The notes beneath the pieces were generated by a model, which was not told where the DNA came from, searched no databases, and worked only from the letters and a program-made list of their open reading frames with translations. Below are positions 59,417 to 64,000 of a stretch of DNA of 64,000 bases, piece by piece; within the stretch, counting starts at the first letter, position 1, and every line of letters starts with the position of its first letter. The stretch covers positions 87,296,001 to 87,360,000 of the forward strand of contig OZ286461.1 of the NCBI GenBank assembly GCA_965644265.1. The letters are read 5' to 3'. The stretch is from Glycera tridactyla (Eukaryota). Made by a program: the position numbers and the translations under genes.

Positions 59417-60412
59417 TGTTGAGATCAAAATTTAGCCCCAATAACAGTTCACATCTTCCTTATGTATCATCTGTGAAACCTGGATCGCGCTATAATGTGT
59501 ACTTTATTGACAAATTTCCGGGACTACATTAGTCATCTCGCCTCATTGTGATACATAACAACATGGCGGTAAAAAATCCACCACAGCAACCCGAAACCAC
59601 GCCGAATCTCGCGTGAACAAAGTAATATGTGAAAATTTTTTCCCATGAGCCCCTGCGCAAGAAAGCGAAACCGGCCAATCAGCGACGAGCATCACCCCCA
59701 ACATGGCCGACAGTGACGGATTTACCAGCTCCTACATTTGATTTTTGCAGTCAATACAGGAAAACTAAAGAGAGATCGAACTACTTCTTACTCGATACGT
59801 GCAGCGGATATACAAATCTATACGTGAGAGGCATCGGACCGGTTCGAACAGTGCACATTCGCTGGATATTTCTCAGAAACTACGTGTGGCTCAATACAAC
59901 CCAAGAAATGAGATCGTTACCCGACCTGCTCAACTTAAAATAGCCAGTTTAGACTAGATTACCATTCATGGGCAGGATGCTGAGGATCCAAACGCCCGGG
60001 GATATATTTGTTCTGGAACCTCTGTCCCCAGTTAGATTAGTTTCATCAACAATGCTGACCGGCCTGATCAAAAACGATGGAGATTGATGAAAAGTATAGA
60101 CCATAGATTGCTGGTAATATAATCTGCTCATCTCGTCTAAGTTCATGTTAAAATTCATGTTCCCAGTTACGACTAACATTTGACAAGAAATGGACTAACC
60201 TCTACTATGGTTTTTGCATGTCTACAATGCCAAATCGGAAACCAGTATGGTGGAAGTTGTATTGTCTAGTGACTCTCTCTTTCAGGTCTCATACTCACTG
60301 CTTGCAACTGTGATGATAAAATTTTTCTGATGCCTCATACCATCAAAGTATAGAATAGTGATCTCCTCCACCACCCCCCCTGCTGGAAAAGGGTGAATCA
60401 TTGCTCTGTGAA

Positions 60413-63400
60413 ATGTTCATTTTCACCAAGATATCTGTCGCCAATTTGGCTTATGACAGGAAACTTTTAAAAACTCCAAAAACATCCACATATCATGCCA
60501 TAGTTCTATTTTTTCCTCTACATTACGCTGCTAGATCATATGCAAATTCACTTGATGACCTATCATACCTCTTATTACTATCTGGTGATATCTCAGAAAA
60601 TCCGGGGCCAATACAAAATTTCAAGGAATTAGGGGAAACGAGAGGTCTCAAGATCACCCATCTGAATATCTGCAGTATGTTGAACAAAATGGATGACTTA
60701 ACAAAAATATTACATGAAAGTAATTCAGACATTCACTTCACCAGCGAAACCTGGTTGAAACCCTACAATCAAGATGCTGATATTGCTATAAGTGGGTACT
60801 ATACTGTCAGATTGGATAGATTACAGGCACGAGGTGGAGGGCTTTCTGCCCACATAAAAGGAAAATATGTTACCTGTGTGAATGAAACAATGTGTGTATC
60901 AAATCAGGACTGTGAAATCTTAACCCTTGAGTTGAAACTACCATCTACCAGAAAAATATTTATGATCGGGGTATATAGACCACCCTCTGGTATTATAGAA
61001 AGCTTCTTAGATAGTCTCAGCTCAGTTCTTGACATAGCCATAGGGACAGCTGGATGTGAAATCAATGTGTGCGGAGACATGAACATTGACTGGTTAAAGC
61101 CTGGAAGTGTTGAATGCAAAAGTATGAAGAGAGTATGTGCAACTTATGGGCTCAGTCAGCTGATAACCAGTGCAACAAGAGTAGGATTACATGGAAACAC
61201 TTGCATTGACCATTTTCTTACAAACAGATCAGACTATCATACTATATCAGGCACTATCTCACATGGAATTAGTGATCATGACCTTATTTACTCATGCAGA
61301 AAGAAACCAAATATCACTGGTGAAACCACTTACATAAGTGCCCGTACCTTCTCTAAATTCGTTGAAAATGATTTTGTCAATAGATTATCCTCAGTTGACT
61401 GGCAACCTGTATTGGAAGAAACAGACCCAAATTCTGCCTGGATGGTTTTTATCTCAATATTTGAACCCATCTGTGACTTATATGCCCCATTTAAAAATAT
61501 AAAGGTGAAAGGACTCCTACCCCCTTGGCTCACAAACGAGTATTTCTCCGCAGCTGACGAGAGAGACTATCTATATAGTATTTTTAAGCGTACGAGGAGT
61601 GAAGAAGATAAGAATAGAGCTAAGCATGCAAAGAATTTCGCGAATGCCCTAAACCGGAACCTAAAAAGAGATTATATCTGCAGTAAAATAAATGAAAATA
61701 GGCGTGATAGTCGAAAACTTTGGAAAACCCTGCGTGAAATTATACCAGACTCTAAAAGTGGAAAAAATCAAATTAAATCTATCAATGGCAACACTGACCC
61801 TTCCATCATGGCAAACATCCTAAATAATTATTTTTCGACTGTTGGAGAGAAACTTGCCCAAAAGATACCACAAGGTCAAATCGAAATTATACCAGAAATC
61901 GAAAAATGCCCGACCGAACTAAAACTAACGCCCGTCAAACTAGACACAATCAAGGCTTCACTGAAAGGAATTTCTTGCTCAAAATCGACTGGAATCGATG
62001 GTATAAATGCAAGGCTGCTAAAGTGTGCTCATTCAGCTATATCCCTACCCATTCAACATATTATAAATCAATCTCTTCAAACAGGTATCTTTCCAAGCTG
62101 TTGGAAAAAGGCACGTATCTCTCCTCTCTTTAAAGATGGCGACCGAGATAGCCCCGAAAACTATCGACCAATATCAGTTTTACCAATCCTCGGCAAAATT
62201 CTTGAAAGAATATTTCACGACCAATTCTACTCCTATCTGACAAACAAAAATATTTTTCACTGGGCACAATCAGGCTTTAGAAAAATGCATTCAACAAATA
62301 CATGCACCTTGTCTGTCCTGGATGACCTGCTAAGCTCTATTGACAAAGGTCTACAAGTTGGGGTTGTGTTTCTTGATTTAAAGAAGGCGTTCGACACTGT
62401 GGACCATGATTTATTATGTCAAAAACTGTTGTTATATGGTGTAGGCCACAGTGTCGAACGCTGGATCAGAAATTACTTGACAAATCGTACCCAAGTTACA
62501 TCATGCAATGGCTCACTATCCGAGGCAAATAAAGTTAGTTATGGTGTGCCCCAGGGCTCCATTCTTGGTCCTCTACTCTTTATTCTTTATCTAAACGACA
62601 TGCCAAATATTCTCTTGAATAGTAAAATAGCACTATATGCAGACGACACAGCCATCTACTATGAGTCTGCAGATAGAGAAGAGATGGAAACATGCTTGCA
62701 ACAAGATCTAAATGCAGTAGAAAATTGGATGAAAGTAAATAAATTGTCTCTAAATGCACGAAAATCAAAAATCATGGTATTCGGTAGAGGACGGAACATT
62801 TTCACGGAAATAACCCTTAGCATAAATGATGACCAGCTAGAATGTGTTAGTAATTTCAAGTATCTTGGGATATATTTAGACCAAAAACTGTCCTTTGACC
62901 ATCATATAGATGTACTCTGTAAAAAATCGAAGCAAAAGCTAGCTAGTCTTGGTAGAATCCGGAAATTTATTGATAAAGATACAGCTCTGTTGCTATACAA
63001 GAGTCTGCTCCTACCAGTTATTGAGTATGGTGATCTGGTATACTCCATAACAAAGACCGCAAATCTAACTAAAATACAAAAACTGCAAAATTCTGCTTGC
63101 CGAATGGTACTCATGGCTGACAAAAGAACCCACATATCAGACATGCACGATGAACTAAAGATTTTCTATTTATCAGACAGGCGCTTCTACAATCTATGTG
63201 TCCAAACCTATAAATGTCTAAATTCTATGGCCCCGTCTTATTTATCAGAATCTCTTCATTTCGTACGAGATCAGCACGAAAGAGTAACTAGATCGGCAGT
63301 CCGTAACAATCTACAGGTACCAATAGGAAGAACTAGAGCAGGAGAGCAGACTTTCACTTATAGAGCCCCGAAAGCTTGGAATTCACTACCGACAGGCATA

Positions 63401-63475
63401 AGAGAAGCTAACACATTGATCTCATTCAAATCAGCCCTCTTGTCCTATATATCAAATAATTATAACTATGGGTAA
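60413..63475 (+). CDS. LINE ORF2p: AP endonuclease + reverse transcriptase (frame open from 60362; first ATG 60413; track start 60401 is TTG)
   Basis: APE motifs KITHLNICS, SETWL, GVYRPPS, GDMNID, TCIDHFLTN, SDHDL (about 60646-61285). RT motifs QSGFR, FLDLKKAFDTVDH, GVPQGSILGPLLF, YADD (62636-62647), KYLGIYLD. C-terminal RAPKAWNSLP. No stops or frameshifts. Confidence 0.97.
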   Translation: MFIFTKISVANLAYDRKLLKTPKTSTYHAIVLFFPLHYAARSYANSLDDLSYLLLLSGDISENPGPIQNFKELGETRGLKITHLNICSMLNKMDDLTKILHESNSDIHFTSETWLKPYNQDADIAISGYYTVRLDRLQARGGGLSAHIKGKYVTCVNETMCVSNQDCEILTLELKLPSTRKIFMIGVYRPPSGIIESFLDSLSSVLDIAIGTAGCEINVCGDMNIDWLKPGSVECKSMKRVCATYGLSQLITSATRVGLHGNTCIDHFLTNRSDYHTISGTISHGISDHDLIYSCRKKPNITGETTYISARTFSKFVENDFVNRLSSVDWQPVLEETDPNSAWMVFISIFEPICDLYAPFKNIKVKGLLPPWLTNEYFSAADERDYLYSIFKRTRSEEDKNRAKHAKNFANALNRNLKRDYICSKINENRRDSRKLWKTLREIIPDSKSGKNQIKSINGNTDPSIMANILNNYFSTVGEKLAQKIPQGQIEIIPEIEKCPTELKLTPVKLDTIKASLKGISCSKSTGIDGINARLLKCAHSAISLPIQHIINQSLQTGIFPSCWKKARISPLFKDGDRDSPENYRPISVLPILGKILERIFHDQFYSYLTNKNIFHWAQSGFRKMHSTNTCTLSVLDDLLSSIDKGLQVGVVFLDLKKAFDTVDHDLLCQKLLLYGVGHSVERWIRNYLTNRTQVTSCNGSLSEANKVSYGVPQGSILGPLLFILYLNDMPNILLNSKIALYADDTAIYYESADREEMETCLQQDLNAVENWMKVNKLSLNARKSKIMVFGRGRNIFTEITLSINDDQLECVSNFKYLGIYLDQKLSFDHHIDVLCKKSKQKLASLGRIRKFIDKDTALLLYKSLLLPVIEYGDLVYSITKTANLTKIQKLQNSACRMVLMADKRTHISDMHDELKIFYLSDRRFYNLCVQTYKCLNSMAPSYLSESLHFVRDQHERVTRSAVRNNLQVPIGRTRAGEQTFTYRAPKAWNSLPTGIREANTLISFKSALLSYISNNYNYG
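60569..60610 (+). other. 2A/StopGo-like peptide motif LLLLSGDISENPG|P at N-terminus of ORF2
   Basis: In frame and immediately upstream of the APE domain. It matches GD(V/I)ExNPGP except for Ser at the conserved Glu position. Confidence 0.75.
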
Positions 63476-64000
63476 TCATAAACACCAGGTGTAAATGGTA
63501 TGAATGCGAATAAATGGCATACAAAAGTGTTACTGGTTGTAAAAGAGTATGACTGTCGATGTAGTACCCTGGATTATCAAATTGTAGTGAAAATCTGGAC
63601 ATAAATGGAGGAGTATGAATGGATGACACCACTTGCAACTACTGGTCATGGTCATTGATTGATAGGAAACTTGATGAGTTCAGACAACTAGGACAGTCAT
63701 TATAAATATGTTGGATTGTATTAAATTGTCACACTGAACCCACGCTGGGGTATATTGATTGCATTCCCGTGATGTATATATTCCCTAATAAAAGAATACT
63801 TACTTACTTACTTACTTAACTTCGAAGCACCTTTACAATTGTGGGTGCCTTTTATGCTCGTAGTACGAGGAAGCGATTGGGATTATTCAAACATAGTCAA
63901 ACCTGTCTATTACATGGTTCATACAAGGTTCTTACGAAAAAATCCCAGAGTTTTTCCAGAACATTTCCAGTACACCATGAAGAATTTCCAGAACACACAC

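Larger units (their letters stand above)
58200..63818 (+). mobile_element. Apparently full-length CR1-group non-LTR retrotransposon (CR1/L2/Crack-like LINE)
   Basis: ORF1 58430-59416, ~1 kb spacer, ORF2 APE-RT ending at 63475, ~340 nt 3' UTR with AATAAA at 63787-63792, then a tandem (TACT)n tail at about 63796-63818. The 5' end is approximate and no TSD was found. Confidence 0.92.

Noticed and set aside
58558-63144. Antisense ORFs inside the LINE
   Set aside because: They are shadows of ORF1/ORF2 codon usage with no recognisable motifs.
58141-63840. Target-site duplication around the LINE
   Set aside because: No matching direct repeat was found between the 5' flank and the sequence after the tail; CR1-group elements often lack TSDs.

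Overview
This is eukaryotic (invertebrate-like metazoan) genomic DNA, AT-rich, with four assembly gaps; nothing in it is prokaryotic. Most of the window is one + strand multi-exon gene, the ZMIZ1/ZMIZ2 (Zimp10 / Drosophila tonalli) orthologue, an SP-RING/MIZ-finger transcriptional coactivator. I reconstructed by hand 13 coding exons from 2799 to 47574. All are bounded by AG/GT and are phase-compatible (2965 nt, about 987 aa). The N-terminal exons lie upstream of the window, and a long 3' UTR probably follows the stop. The introns (notably 8.8 kb and 23.4 kb) carry MITEs of at least three families, decayed LINE fragments, micro- and minisatellites and a set of palindromic RFX X-boxes. About 11 kb downstream of the stop lies an apparently intact, full-length CR1-group LINE: ORF1, a ~1 kb spacer, an APE-RT ORF2, a 3' UTR, AATAAA and a (TACT)n tail. 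Its ORF2 begins with a non-canonical 2A/StopGo-like motif (LLLLSGDISENPGP). I found no clearly new biological system. The best leads are the variant 2A motif with the inter-ORF spacer, the X-box enrichment, MITEs with apparent 5- and 6-bp TSDs, and candidate internal first exons for a short ZMIZ isoform.
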